DNA from: Lepidodermella squamata
Lineage: Eukaryota > Animalia > Gastrotricha
NCBI GenBank assembly: GCA_047495785.1
Contig: JBLDXI010000004.1
Location: 620,001-684,000 of the forward strand
Direction: 5' to 3'
Length of the DNA stretch: 64,000 nt
Part shown: in pieces, positions 26,140-38,070 of the stretch
Numbering within the stretch: position 1 is the stretch's first letter
Layout: each line of letters opens with the position of its first letter
Position numbers and translations under genes: made by a program
Notes under the pieces: model-generated
What the model saw: only the letters and a program-made list of their open reading frames with translations
Database searches by the model: none
Told to the model about the DNA's origin: nothing

Positions 26140-26695
26140 ATAAAAAATGAGTTGGGTTTACGCGCTGAGAGATAAGCCGCAAGACGCTCAGACTTTGTTT
26201 TGGCGGGTGATAGCTAGCGTGGCCAAAGGAACCGGTAGTAGTGATTATCGCGTTGTCATTGAAGATGAAGATGGACGAATATTATCCGATGAGGTGGAAG
26301 TAGCTGAAAGATGGCGGTGGCACTTCATGGGTGTCGTTGCCGGAACCGAAATTCAGGCTAGTGAGCGGGGCGATACAGGAGATGCGAGGGATCAGGTGGG
26401 CTCAGGGCTCCTTGCCCTATAACCAGGAAGGATATAGAAGATGCAATCGCTAAAGAGAAGTTGGGCAAATCGCCATGGCGGGGACGAGATCAGCCTCGAA
26501 ATGCTAGATGCGCTAGGGAACTCTAAAAATGACTGGGTGGAAGCACTTATTAGTCGAATATGGGAGGAAAAAAGGGTTCCGAATGATTTCCTCAATTTGA
26601 TTTTAATACCCATTCCGAAGTAAGGCCATCGTAACAAATGTTCCAATTACAGAGACATCAGTCTAATCAGCATAGTAGCGAAATGCTACGCGCGA
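26140..26695 (+). pseudogene. Degenerate fragment of a LINE ORF2 related to the element at 28135-32809
   Basis: YALRDKPQDAQTLFW and IWEEKRVPNDFLNLILIPIPK closely match ORF2; contains stops and frameshifts. Confidence 0.9.
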
Positions 26696-26818
26696 TTTAT
26701 ATATTTATTAATTTATTCGTTTCCTCAAGTGAATGTTGCATGTGTATGCAATTCAGCTAGTCAGGCGCCTCACTGAGGAAATTAAGTATTTCTCCAATTT
26801 AGAGTCATCATTGATATA

Positions 26819-27375
26819 CCGTATTTCTCGAAAATATACCGCACCTCGAAAATATCCCTCACCCAGAATACAACCCTACAAAACTTATCGTTTGATCATA
26901 AATATACCGCACCTCGAAATTCTACCCCATGTTATTTAAAAAAATCAGAGCGCAGTATCAATTTACTATGAGAACAAAATAAGCACATCATCAGGCTGTT
27001 GCTTAGCTTGGGCTGGGCATAAGACTGTCAGTAAAAACTCTATTGAGGCATGAAGGGCGAAGCGCTGGATCATTTTGAATGTTATAGTCAATTCTTTACG
27101 ATGGTACTGATTTGATGGCTGATATCGTGTTCCGATCGCTTAGAACTAAAACTAACCGATAAAACATCAATAATTGCGCAAGATATCCTTTTTTCCACCT
27201 TTCAGTCCAATAAAACAAAAGCGCGTTGCTAGCAGTATTTATCATATTTCTGAAAAATTGTCGATGCCTCATAAATATACCGCACCTCGAAAATATCCCC
27301 CACCCCGATTACAACCCTATAAAATTTTTGGTTCATTCACAAATATACCCCGGTGTATATTTTCGAGAAATACGG
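26819..27375. mobile_element. pogo/Tc2-like MITE (TA TSD)
   Basis: TA-CCGTATTTCTCGAAAATATAC...GTATATTTTCGAGAAATACGG-TA; internal repeats of AAATATACCGCACCTCGAAA. Confidence 0.88.
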
Positions 27376-28386
27376 TAGTTTTAAAAAACGTTTTATTTCA
27401 AATCGTTTATAAAGCGACGCTTTTCCAAGGAGACACTTCCACTACTTTTCATTAAACTTTCGTAAGTAAGCGGTAAGCTGCAGTTGATAAGCAGAAACAT
27501 TCTTGCATGGCGAAAAGCCTCAAGGTCTCTGGGCCCAAGGTTATCCAATTACCGCCGCGCTGCTCCTCTTGCGGAATAAAATTTTCCCAATATCAGTTGG
27601 AATTCTGACAACAGCCATCACCGGAAAAAACAGGTGTTAGAATCGACCGACCAATGTATTTATTTCAGATTATATCCAGGCTGTTCCATTTGTCCTATAT
27701 TCTATTTGTTTTGCAAACTTTTTAAAACACAAGGGATCAACAATTTAAGAAGAAAATCGTCGCAATAATAACAGCTTCTAAAATGCCACTGTTCAAATTA
27801 AGAGGTCAACTAAGTGCATGTTTACGATGACTGAATTGTTCAGTCGGCAGCTTTGTTTGATTGAAAAGCTGACACTTGGTCTGTCGTGCAAATCTGTCAT
27901 GAGTGAAAATCATGAGTGGATTGAGTCGTTAATAAAAAGAACTCTTGATCAACATGACACGGTTACGGTTCAGGTTACCCAGCTCATCAATCTAATCATT
28001 GTGGATCTGTGTACAGTGTATTAAATTTACTACTTGGCGGCTATAAAACAAGGCAATTTGCTACCAAGGGTCATATCTCAAATTTTCAACTTATAATGAA
28101 GATCCTATACCCCGTTATTTTATTGGTTGCTTGTAGCATAGCATAGCATAGCATTTTCTTTATTTTATCTTTTCCTTGATCAACAATAACATAATAATAA
28201 CAATTGAGTTCAAGTATAGAAACGAAGAAACAAAAATGAGAAGGAAAAATGATAAAATAAAATTCACTCCGGTGTACCCAATTCGCCGGGCGTGATGTAA
28301 ATTTTGTTCACGCCAAGCGAACCGAGTGTCGGAGGAGGACCGGTAGCAAGCTACCTATCCTGATCGTCAACCGCAAAAACTCATCC

Positions 28387-31300
28387 TTACTCTGATATTT
28401 CAATTTCACCAAAATAACTATGAATTTTTTGTCTCCAAGTAGTTCTATCCTGGGCCAGGGCGTCGGCCTCCTCAAAATTGTTAATCCCTAATTTGTTCAA
28501 ATGTTTTTTGATGCAATCAATCCACCTTAATTTTGGTCGCCCTCGAGGTCTACTCCAAGTATCATCCGGCGGCTGCCAGTACCGCATCTGGCTTGCCAGC
28601 CTTACGGGGTCCATGCGAGCGACGTGCCCGTACCAGCGAAGTTGCCGCCTAGCAATTTTGAATGTAAATTGTTCTGAACCACACATATTTCTGATGACCT
28701 CATTGCGAATCCTGTCCCTAAGTGTTACTCCGCATATCTTACGCAAATAACGCATATAGCCTACATCGAGTCGCCTCGCATCCTCAGAAGTTAACGTCCA
28801 ACTTTCGCTGCCATGCATGATAGTCGCATCCACAACGCCCTTTAAACATTTCATTTTTTCTTTAGTCGGGACAGATCGATTGCCAAAAATATACTTACGC
28901 ATAGCGCCAAACGCTTTGTTGCCTTTTTCTAAACGAGTCCTTACATCAGCCTTACACCTGCCGTCAGACGTGATAACACTTCCCAAATATACGAATTCAT
29001 CAACTTCTTCAATGTACTGCCCGTAGATGGAAAAAGGTAAATGTAAATTGCAGTCATTTTTATTAACTCTCATGAATTTGGTTTTTGGAACATTAATTTT
29101 CAAGCCCAAGTGTCCACACGCCTCAACAAAAATATCTATAATCAATTGCATTTTCTCCGAATCTTGCGATAATAAAGCAGTATCGTCCGCGAATGCTAGT
29201 AACATCAGCCACTCATCGTCAGTTAGGGGGATACCTGTTTTTTCTAATTTAACTCGCTTGCAAACTACATTAAATACTGCTATGAATAACAGGGGCGACA
29301 ATGGGCAGCCTTGTCTCAGTCCCTTGGTCACCCGGAAGGGTTTCGCGCTAACGCCATTTACTCGCACAGTAGCAATGCTATCCCTGTATAATGCCTTAAT
29401 ATTATCTATAAGATCGCGAGAAACTCCTAGGTCTTCGAGCGCTTTCCAAACTTGATCGCGGTCGACAAAATCGTAAGCCTTTTCCAGGTCCATAAAAGTT
29501 ATAAAAATGCTCCTGTTAAATTCAATAATTTTCTCCATTATTTGCCTTAATATGAAGGTGCAGTCACCCGTGCCTTTGTTTTGCATAAAACCATGTTGAA
29601 ATTCTTCCAGTTTTATATTTATTTCATCGCGAAGCCGCTTTTCAAGAATTCGCGCGTAACATTTTGCAACGATACTAATTAGACTTATGCCGCGGTAATT
29701 ATTGCACTTATTTAAATCTCCTTTTTTTGGCACTGGGATCAGAATTAAATTCAGAAAATCATCAGGAACGCGTTTTTCAGCCCATATTTTATTGAAGAGA
29801 AACTCTAGCCATTCAATTTTCGAATTTTGTAGCGCATTAAGCATTTCTAATCTAATTTCATCGAGACCGGGTGATTTTCTTAATTTTTCCTTTGAAATTG
29901 CGAGCTGAATCTCGTCGCGTGTTATCGGTTTCATGAAGCGCGTTTCACATTTACTAGTAAATTCTAAATTTTCATTCAATTTATTTATTTCCTCAGCTAA
30001 TATTTCCACCCCATCTACAATTCCCATAAAATAACGTCTCCATCTGTCTGCTACTTGAATTTTGTCTGATAAACTCCTCCCATTTTCGTCTTCGATTACA
30101 ATTTTATAGTCGTGCTTGCCCGACCCTTTAGTTAGAGAAGCTATTAGATGCCAAAAGAACGACTGTGCTTCCTGAGGCTTATCTCTGAGCGCGTAGAACT
30201 TATTTCCAAGTTCCTTTTTGACTTCGTCCTTAGCCTGTCTTATAACCTTCTTTTCGCTGTTGCGCTCCTCAACGTAATCGTCCCACAGTTTATTCAAATC
30301 TGCGCTAGTAGCAACGCCGAGTTCATCTAACCGTTTCCTTTCCTTCGCGAATAGTTTAAATTTTCGCTTTTTCGCCGCTGCTTTTTTCCTAGTTTTATTG
30401 CCCCACCACCTAGTTCGCTTACCATTTTTCCTAACTCGTTTTTTCCCGCAGATTTTTGCACTTTCCGCCTCCAGCGTCTTCAGTTTTAGCCACACATCCT
30501 CAGCTGAAGTTGTCCTATCTACGTCACTTAATTTCTGGTCCATCACCTGCTTCAATTTATTAGAAAAAGTTGGCTGTTCTAGCCGCTCATGAGCCGTGCG
30601 CCATGCCTCTTCAACTATATCATTTTTGCGGTCCAGTTCGAATCTCATCCGTACACATAATAACAAATGATCAGGGCCCAAACAAGCATCTGCTATCGTT
30701 TCGCAGGCGAAAACGTTTTTTCTTAAGTATTGAGGTAGCAATAAATAGTCAATAAATGATCGTCGAGTTTCTCCAGTGGTTTTGTGGTGCCGAAAGAAAG
30801 TGTAACCACAATTTGGAAAGAAGGTATTTATGAAGCAGTAGCCATTTCGGCTGGCAAAATCGAACCACCGTTCACCTTTTTCGTTACCTGTTTGCGAAGC
30901 GTATTCACCTATCACCTCGCTTTCCTCCACACCCTTAGCTATTTCGCCATTCAAATCACCGCCAATAAGAATAATTTCATCGCTGTCTTTAGATCGCTCA
31001 AGCTCCTCTAGTTTACTCTCTACTTTTGCAATGAAAATATCCAACGCTTCTGTCCCAGATTCCGCAGGCGCATATATGTTCATTATTATAATTTTTTGGT
31101 TGCCAATTTTTAATTTCACAATTTGCAGTCGCTCATCGATCATCTCATCAACGGTAATTAAAATTTCGGGATTCTCCGCTGTAAAAGTTACTACTCCATC
31201 GCGGTTTCTCGCGGCGCTCGCATCGACCCCTGAATGTAAAACGCAAATACCATTCACCGATTTTTTTCCCTTACCTTTTTTGCGAAATTCTTGCCCAATC

Positions 31301-31638
31301 AAAACATCAATTTGGCGGTCTTTCATTTCTTGAGCAGCAGGAGCTGTTTTATCTTTTCCTGTGCTGAAATTTTGAGTACCCCAAGTAAATTCGAAAAATT
31401 CCTTATGATTCAAAGCACGATTTGATTTTCGATGTTTTCTATTTTTTCGCACCCTCTTTTTCTTAGCTAATTGATTTTGTTTCCGACCTGACTGCAAATT
31501 TAATTTTGAACATTTTTTCTCCTCATTTTGGTCATTATCAACAAAATTATTATCAACAAAATTATTATTAACAAAATTATTTACATCCGTACAATCAACA
31601 ATGTCATACCGATTGTAGTCGCAGTCAGGTCCGTTTCC
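28387..31638 (-). CDS. LINE ORF2: AP endonuclease plus reverse transcriptase
   Basis: GQE, NIYAP, GGDLN, IDY, DH endonuclease motifs; NYRGISL, DLEKAYD, GLRQGCPLSP, FADD; RTE-type C terminus WYGHVARM...RPRGRPKLRW; frame is open up to the ORF1 stop. Confidence 0.95.
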   Translation of the reverse strand, partial: GNGPDCDYNRYDIVDCTDVNNFVNNNFVDNNFVDNDQNEEKKCSKLNLQSGRKQNQLAKKKRVRKNRKHRKSNRALNHKEFFEFTWGTQNFSTGKDKTAPAAQEMKDRQIDVLIGQEFRKKGKGKKSVNGICVLHSGVDASAARNRDGVVTFTAENPEILITVDEMIDERLQIVKLKIGNQKIIIMNIYAPAESGTEALDIFIAKVESKLEELERSKDSDEIILIGGDLNGEIAKGVEESEVIGEYASQTGNEKGERWFDFASRNGYCFINTFFPNCGYTFFRHHKTTGETRRSFIDYLLLPQYLRKNVFACETIADACLGPDHLLLCVRMRFELDRKNDIVEEAWRTAHERLEQPTFSNKLKQVMDQKLSDVDRTTSAEDVWLKLKTLEAESAKICGKKRVRKNGKRTRWWGNKTRKKAAAKKRKFKLFAKERKRLDELGVATSADLNKLWDDYVEERNSEKKVIRQAKDEVKKELGNKFYALRDKPQEAQSFFWHLIASLTKGSGKHDYKIVIEDENGRSLSDKIQVADRWRRYFMGIVDGVEILAEEINKLNENLEFTSKCETRFMKPITRDEIQLAISKEKLRKSPGLDEIRLEMLNALQNSKIEWLEFLFNKIWAEKRVPDDFLNLILIPVPKKGDLNKCNNYRGISLISIVAKCYARILEKRLRDEINIKLEEFQHGFMQNKGTGDCTFILRQIMEKIIEFNRSIFITFMDLEKAYDFVDRDQVWKALEDLGVSRDLIDNIKALYRDSIATVRVNGVSAKPFRVTKGLRQGCPLSPLLFIAVFNVVCKRVKLEKTGIPLTDDEWLMLLAFADDTALLSQDSEKMQLIIDIFVEACGHLGLKINVPKTKFMRVNKNDCNLHLPFSIYGQYIEEVDEFVYLGSVITSDGRCKADVRTRLEKGNKAFGAMRKYIFGNRSVPTKEKMKCLKGVVDATIMHGSESWTLTSEDARRLDVGYMRYLRKICGVTLRDRIRNEVIRNMCGSEQFTFKIARRQLRWYGHVARMDPVRLASQMRYWQPPDDTWSRPRGRPKLRWIDCIKKHLNKLGINNFEEADALAQDRTTWRQKIHSYFGEIEISE

Positions 31639-32772
31639 TCAATGCATATGACGCCTGTTCATCCCTTCCAGTATGCCGCTTATCAATGAGATCAGGGCCG
31701 CCTGCTCGTTTCCTTGGCCATGAGGCCGATGACGATGTTGTTGATGTTGGTGCTGGTGCCGGCGTGAGCTTGATCCGTTCATGCGCTGATTGCAATCTCT
31801 TGCGTAATGACCCATGTTGAAACATTTGCGGCATTGCGTTTTCGCCAGATTTATCTTGCACGTGGCGATCAGATGGTCAGTTTCACCGCACTCATAACAA
31901 GCCCGGCTGTTGCCCTTATCTTTGTCTTTGTCTTTGACCTCGTTTTCGCTTTGACCTTCTTCTTTTGACCCAGTTTCCGGGACAACCGGTGGCCCGGTCG
32001 ACATTCGAGTGTTCCGACCCCGGCCCGCCCGGACATTGGATTCTTGCTGCTCTTCGCCCGTTTCCTCCTCGACGTTTTCGCATTTGTTTTCTGGCATCGG
32101 TACAATTTTTTTCTGAAATGATGAGTAACGCAAATGCGGTTCGTTGTTTTTTCGAATTTCGGCTCCGAATCGGGTCAAACCCTGGTTCGGGTGATCGGAT
32201 ATATAATCGTCACAGATTTTCATATATTCGAGCTCGTGTTTGACGCGATAGAAGTCGACTCGATAGCCCCACGATTTCAATTCTCGAATTGCTGCCGTGG
32301 TTTGTTGTTGATCAATGAATCGAACCCGGAGGAGCTTTCCTTCACGTCTGATGTCGACAACTGTGAAGCCGTCGTTTTTCAGCTGTTGTCTGACATGAAG
32401 TATGTCGTCTTCGTTCTTCGTGAAAACAGCCAATACATTTCTTGCGAGCTCCTTCTCTGTCAAGTGAATCCTGGTCTCGAGGGCTCCGATTCTCTTGTCG
32501 AGATCTTCGAAGCGCTCGCCATGGCTGCCCTCCGCTGGTTGTTCGGCACTCAGGCGTCGGTACAGTTTGAGTGCCTCGTCTTGGCTGCTCTTCAACATGT
32601 CTTCCGCCTCGTTCAGTTGACCAAGCAGCCGTAGATGTTTCGCTCGAACTGCTCCAAAGCCATCTCGAAGGCTGTCTCGGTTTACTCCCAAGCTTTCGAG
32701 CTGCTCGTTTGTAGCCAAATCGATTAGCCTGTCGATAAGGTTCAAAGCTTCGTCCGTTTCCAGTAAATACAT
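31639..32772 (-). CDS. LINE ORF1 (coiled coil, two CCHC knuckles)
   Basis: CYECGETDHLIATC and CRKCFNMGHYARDC; first ATG at 32772. Confidence 0.88.
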   Translation of the reverse strand: MYLLETDEALNLIDRLIDLATNEQLESLGVNRDSLRDGFGAVRAKHLRLLGQLNEAEDMLKSSQDEALKLYRRLSAEQPAEGSHGERFEDLDKRIGALETRIHLTEKELARNVLAVFTKNEDDILHVRQQLKNDGFTVVDIRREGKLLRVRFIDQQQTTAAIRELKSWGYRVDFYRVKHELEYMKICDDYISDHPNQGLTRFGAEIRKNNEPHLRYSSFQKKIVPMPENKCENVEEETGEEQQESNVRAGRGRNTRMSTGPPVVPETGSKEEGQSENEVKDKDKDKGNSRACYECGETDHLIATCKINLAKTQCRKCFNMGHYARDCNQRMNGSSSRRHQHQHQQHRHRPHGQGNEQAALISLISGILEGMNRRHMH

Positions 32773-34379
32773 TTCAGTAAAAATCTTAGACACAAATCAA
32801 ATTCGCAGATGGTTGCTTGTCTCGTAGCTATGTCCTCGTGCAGACCCGCAATAGCAAGGAACGGGCGATTCGGCGATACAATTTTCCACGCATTGAAGCA
32901 GTGTTCGAACCACGAAGAGGCTTGGCGATCTGCTCCGTCGCTCATCACGCCGTGCATCGGAAAGATCGAACACTTTCAATGGCCTGACGCTTCCACGGCG
33001 GCGCAGTTTGAACACCAACAGGGGCAGCTCCCTGTCATGTTTCTCCAGAATGAATTCGGCACTGTGAAAGAGCTTAATTGAACACTGGATACCTTTTTCA
33101 TTTCTTTATCGTTACTTAATCTGCAAGTGAGGATCAGCATATCTTTGAATAAACAATTTATTAGCTTTTAAAACACTTCGCTGCACACCATCAGTAGTAA
33201 GAATTATGGGGGATTCGTACCACTGTGTTCGAGAGCTCCAAAACAGGTCAAACAGCCAATAAAATCCAACAATCGAGCAGCCTGCGGAAAGAGGTCTTAC
33301 AGACTGTGTCAGGGAAACATCAAGACTTGTCCAGGCGCTACTCCATGCTACTTTATTGTGAGTGAATCGAACATTGCTATTTGGAATTCAAGGCCTTAAA
33401 TATTAGTGATACAAATCTAAGTCGAACACGCGATCACTTCCTAATTAGCTATCACATGAGAATCACAATATTGTTCTTAGTCGTTGCGTTGATGCCAGCC
33501 GCCAACCGGCACATCGTTACAGACTGAATTTTAGATTCAACCTGTTCAGTCTAAACTCCTTAATTTGATCCGATGATCTGAGTTCGTTGGTAGATCAGAG
33601 CTGGAATTATCAACCACATTATCTACAAATGTAAGAAGTACAAATCGAATGGAATGTTTTCGTGCACCGAGATATTTTTTGTCTAAACATTTTCCAATAG
33701 TTTTTATTGACACGTTGAATTGGTTAATCATCATTGTTTATATTTATATGTTTACAAACCGACAAATGACACAGTTGTGAAATTATTAATGTATCTTTTT
33801 CACGATGTAAACCACATGAGCCGGTGAGTAATATCATTAAACGCCCATAAACTTCAGATAGCGAGTTGAGAAGAATATTTCATAACTTCAGCAGCCAACA
33901 TCGTGCATGTCTGGGAAATAGTACCTGACCCGACCTGATACCTGAAATGATTCCGCGATACAGCTACGTTGTCGATCATATTTCTTCGAACATTTCCGGC
34001 GTACAATTGTTATAAGCCGTCCGATGCGATCACGCACGGTCATATTTTTATATCTATAGAGCTAATTGAATTATGAAACTTCTTTCGGCATTGGATCCTG
34101 CTCCTCCCTTCGGTCGTAGTAGGAGCGCCGGGTGAAACCCAGAACTTGAAATTATGGACAGGCTTTTCTTCAGCTTTCGTAAAGGTCTTCCCACAAACTC
34201 ATTTCTTTTTTCCCATGCGTATGCGCGTAAACACATACGCATGAGAAAAAAGCACACAGCCCCCGTTCACAAGCAGGATTTTTCCTGGCCGAAGAGGCCG
34301 CTGAAAAAAGGGCAGGCGGCACGTCGAATCGAACCCTTGCCGACATCGCACACATCGATAATTATATCGACGTGGCTAA

Positions 34380-35181
34380 TGGTGCTTTCACAAATGCGTC
34401 CGACGGTGAAAACTTCGGCTAGCAACTCGCAAACTTCGGTAGAGTGAAGCGAAACGTCGGAGAGCGTTATCAGTGGCACTTCGGACGCGCGCGCGCGGTC
34501 GGGCGCCCGAAGTCTCTATTGTTTAGTCGCCGAAGTTGCTGAAGGTCACGCACTTGAGCGCGCGTGCACACGAGTGGCAGGCTAGGTACCGGGGTCAGGC
34601 AAAAAAATTTCTATTTTAGCGTAAATGCTGAATTCAACTAAATAATGAGACGTGAAATGCGACGCGGATCATAAACATCTAAATTTCATCGAAAAATTAT
34701 GTGATTAAGTAATGTGATTGATTATGTGATCAATTTTTTCTTACCGCACCGAGCTCGGTTTCGCCGGCCTTAGTTTTACGGCGTGCGCGGCTCTTGAAAA
34801 ATTGAAAAATCGGTAAATTTCGAACTCATTTTCATGACTTATCGTAATTCAAGACGGCTTGGGTGTTTTACAGCCAGTCAAGCAGTCAAATGGCCGCACG
34901 AGCGCGCGCGCTTATATCTATTGGTGCGCGCTACAAACTTCGGTTCGGACGCACTTCGGACGGTAGTTTTGGGGGCCTCCGATCCGACGTTCTTTGTTGT
35001 GCGTGCGCGCGCCGCGTCAGACGCGCTATTGTTTGAACTTCGGGCGCGCGGGCCGAAGTGCGTGCGTTTGTGAAAGAAAATCTAAACGTCGGACAACTAT
35101 TACGCTACTTCGGGTGGCTATTACGAAATTTCGGGCGCCGAAAACGTCGGACGCTCGTCGGACGCATTTGTGAAAGCACCA
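34380..35181. mobile_element. PIF/Harbinger-type MITE (TAA TSD)
   Basis: TAA-TGGTGCTTTCACAAATGCGTCCGACG...CGTCGGACGCATTTGTGAAAGCACCA-TAA. Confidence 0.88.
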
Positions 35182-36559
35182 TAAGCCGTCAAGCTTAATG
35201 TGTGACTTAATGTGTAGAGGGTGATGACACCAAAGTTATCCCGCACTCGTTGAATAGGTTGCGATTTTTCGTCAGTAAGAGTATGTTATCATACAAGCTC
35301 TGGCCGATAGCCGCTCGTACTGAATTTTATCTGCCGAAGCGTCAGCCGCGTCAATAAAATTTTGACGAGGCGCCAGCCGAGTCCCAAAAAGACGAGGCGT
35401 AGCCGAGGGGGTACGAGCGGCTATTGCAGAGAGCGAGGATGCATAACAATTCGTATACGCATTATACTTCCGTTTTGCAGGTCAACGGTCACACGTGCAC
35501 ACGTGATCAAAACGAGTGATCAAAACACTTGACTTTTAGGTTGTTGCTAGTGTGGTAGTTTCGTCATTTCGTCATTTCGTCATTTCGTTACCATGAAAAA
35601 AAACATTTGGTTAGACATGGATCCACTCAGCTCCGAGCGCGAAAGCTGGCCTTCGCCCTCGTCTTTCTGTATGGGTCACATTCACCGAAATTTAGGACCG
35701 AGTAGGTTGTTGTCACGAAATTTATTAGTAGTTCGTTTCTTTTCCGAGAGCTAAAATTGAACATGGGCCCTGTGCTTAATTACAACTACGACTACAAACT
35801 TTAAACGTCATTGTTTTGAAGCAATACGAATTTGAATTGAATGAAATAGGAATTGAGCGACTTTGCCAAAAAACGAATTACTTGTCACCTATCACCTTGA
35901 AGTGGATGTAAACAAGCCTAAATCCGAGTTATTCAACGACGTTAACGATATGTGGGGAATGATAACCTCATTTCAAAACGAAGAGACCATAATATAATAC
36001 AGTGGATGAGATTCAGACAAAATGAACAATGACCTATCTTTTCAGTTATAGCGCGGATAGGGTGTATATTTTCATATTGCCCCAGCCCCATGATCCCTGG
36101 CTATGTTATTTTTGAAATGGCAAGTCTTCGAAATACCGTATTGCTGCAAATACTAACCCGGGCTTATGCAAAGGTGGAAGGCCGAAAATCACCCAAAACT
36201 GGGCTTCTATTTGAGGGTGGGGTTATACAACTAGAGTTTCCGAAATTTCCAAGGACTTTGTTCATCAAACCATGAAATTGTCAAAATGTTCCTCATAAGA
36301 TGCTTTAAAACCCTGAGCGCAAGCGCCGGAAAGGCTCAGCGTGACGTCTTCGTGTGCGGATTAACGCCACTCACGTATTTGTTTATCTCCGCACTTCAGT
36401 GAGGCCTCGGAGTCGCTACGACACTGTGCGGCGTAATCAAGTAACTCCTTGGGGCTAGCTGTCCTTCATCACCTGCGGGTTAAGGCCTTCCACCCGGCTT
36501 TAACCCGGGTTATTAAACGAGGGTGGGGTTATGTATCTGGCTCATCAATTTGCCTGGGT

Positions 36560-36872
36560 TATAATAATTAATCATTTCTTTTTCAAAGCGAACTTTGAGG
36601 ACTAGAAGGGCATGCCGCTTACTCTAACCCTAGGTCTTAACGTAAGTGAGTAGGATGAACATTTCCGTAAGACGGATTTCGACTGGTGCAGTCTAGCTGA
36701 CACTCCCAGCCTACCAATTTTCTATTTTGTAAAGCGATGGATTGGTAAAACCACCGCGGGGCCGAGGGGGGACTCGATCCTGGTTCCGTCACTAGGACTT
36801 GAACCCAGTCCCGAGCGATATCCCCTCTGATACACAGTAGCTCAACGACCCAACTGAGCCACCGTGCCTCCC
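36560..36872 (-). mobile_element. tRNA-derived SINE
   Basis: A box TGGCTCAGTTGG, B box GGTTCAAGTCC, (TTA)n tail; second copy at 51262-52561. Confidence 0.85.
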
Positions 36873-37239
36873 TTCAATTTCTTCAATTATTAAATGAGGT
36901 GGGTTACTAAACGAGCGTGGGTCAGTATTTGCAGCAATACGGTAATCGACTTTTTAAAAAATAAGTTGGAAGATCTTTGCCAAAAGGCTTCTTTCTTTCT
37001 TTCTTTTTACAATAAAACGGGGAGCCTTTTAGCCACTGATGTTCTTCTTGAATTCAAAATAATCAGTAATCAGCATTTACCACAGAATAAGCTAATAACA
37101 ACGATTAGCCACGCCTACTTATGTATACCTATTTTAATGAGAATAATGAAAATTTCTACTATGATGGCAGAGCGCATATTCGCTACCAGTACTTTTGGCT
37201 TGCGTTATTTTCGGACGAAATTTTATGGAATTTTGATCG

Positions 37240-37500
37240 CGGATTAGACCTATCAATTACTGAAAACCGCATCGAAAAATTTCTGATTGTTATCGAGTAA
37301 TCGGAAGAATTCGGAGAAATAAATGTGCCTACTCATCGCTATTTTTGTGTGCACACGGCATTTTATTGAAGGTGTGCGGGTCAAGTGCGCGCGTGCGCGG
37401 CTTCAGACAAGCGGACGGACGGACAGACGGACAGACAGACGGACGGGCAGACGGACGGACATTTCTGACTGTATAGTACCGGGTTTCACCCGGCATTGCT
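37240..37500 (+). mobile_element. Possible Helentron/DINE-like non-autonomous element end
   Basis: (GACG/GACA)n microsatellite followed by the hairpin CCGGGTTTCACCCGG; boundaries uncertain. Confidence 0.4.
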
Positions 37501-37935
37501 TAGCTGGCTTCTTGTTACCAAACTCATAACTGCATTGTGTCCTGTAAATCAAGATCTGGAGATCTGGCGACAGATTTGAGTTATTTAATAATTTTTCTGT
37601 TATCATTTACTTACCTATTCTGTTATCCGCAGAATCAGCGATTTCTAAAGCAATGGCGAATGAAAACTGGGAATTGCTCTCCGATTTCGTTCGAAATATT
37701 CGAGCGAAACGGCGTGAGATTCGAATGCAGATGTGTCTCGAGTTGTGGAAGTCAAGAAATATCTGCGGTGGAAAGCTAACATTACATTTCACAGCAAATT
37801 TATGCTCGCAAAATGATGAACACTGGATTATTCAGAGACTAACGAATCAGTCTTTTGACGATCAGGTTTTTTTAAATTTATCAATAAACTAATTCGGTAA
37901 CAAATTCGCTTTACAAATAGAAATGCTTTCCTTTC

Positions 37936-38070
37936 GGGTCAATACATATAAAATTCGATTAATATAAAGAAAGTACTACACTAATAAAGGAAAAAGTACG
38001 TAGCAAGAACATTTTCTATTATTAGTGTAGTACTTTCTTTATATTAATCGAATTTTATATGTATTGACCC
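37936..38070. mobile_element. Small hairpin MITE (52-bp TIR, 3-bp TTC TSD)
   Basis: GGGTCAATACATATAAAATTCG... is perfectly inverted at the other end. Confidence 0.75.

Larger units (their letters stand above)
28135..32809 (-). mobile_element. Near full-length RTE/RTE-X-like non-LTR retrotransposon
   Basis: 11-bp TSD TGGTTGCTTGT (28124-28134, 32810-32820); (TGCTA)n 3' tail; ORF1 plus APE-RT ORF2. Confidence 0.95.
28096..33081 (+). pseudogene. Secreted family member F, split in its signal peptide by the LINE (28096-28134 plus 32821-33081)
   Basis: TATAAAA at 28042; rejoined MKILYPVILLVACLVAMSSCRPAIARNGRFGDTIFHALKQCSNHE resembles member D (IFEALKGISNEQ); a shifted frame has TFNGLT similar to TLDGLT. 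Confidence 0.7.

Noticed and set aside
28478-32634. Many plus-strand ORFs over the LINE (and likewise over the Gypsy element)
   Set aside because: Antisense shadows of long coding frames.
35284-35448. Small inverted repeat with CGAGGCG.AGCCGAG motifs (similar at about 52620)
   Set aside because: Probably a transposon fragment, but no boundaries or TSD could be established.
36780-36872. tRNA gene
   Set aside because: No proper cloverleaf; attached to a repeated body and TTA tail, so it is a SINE head.
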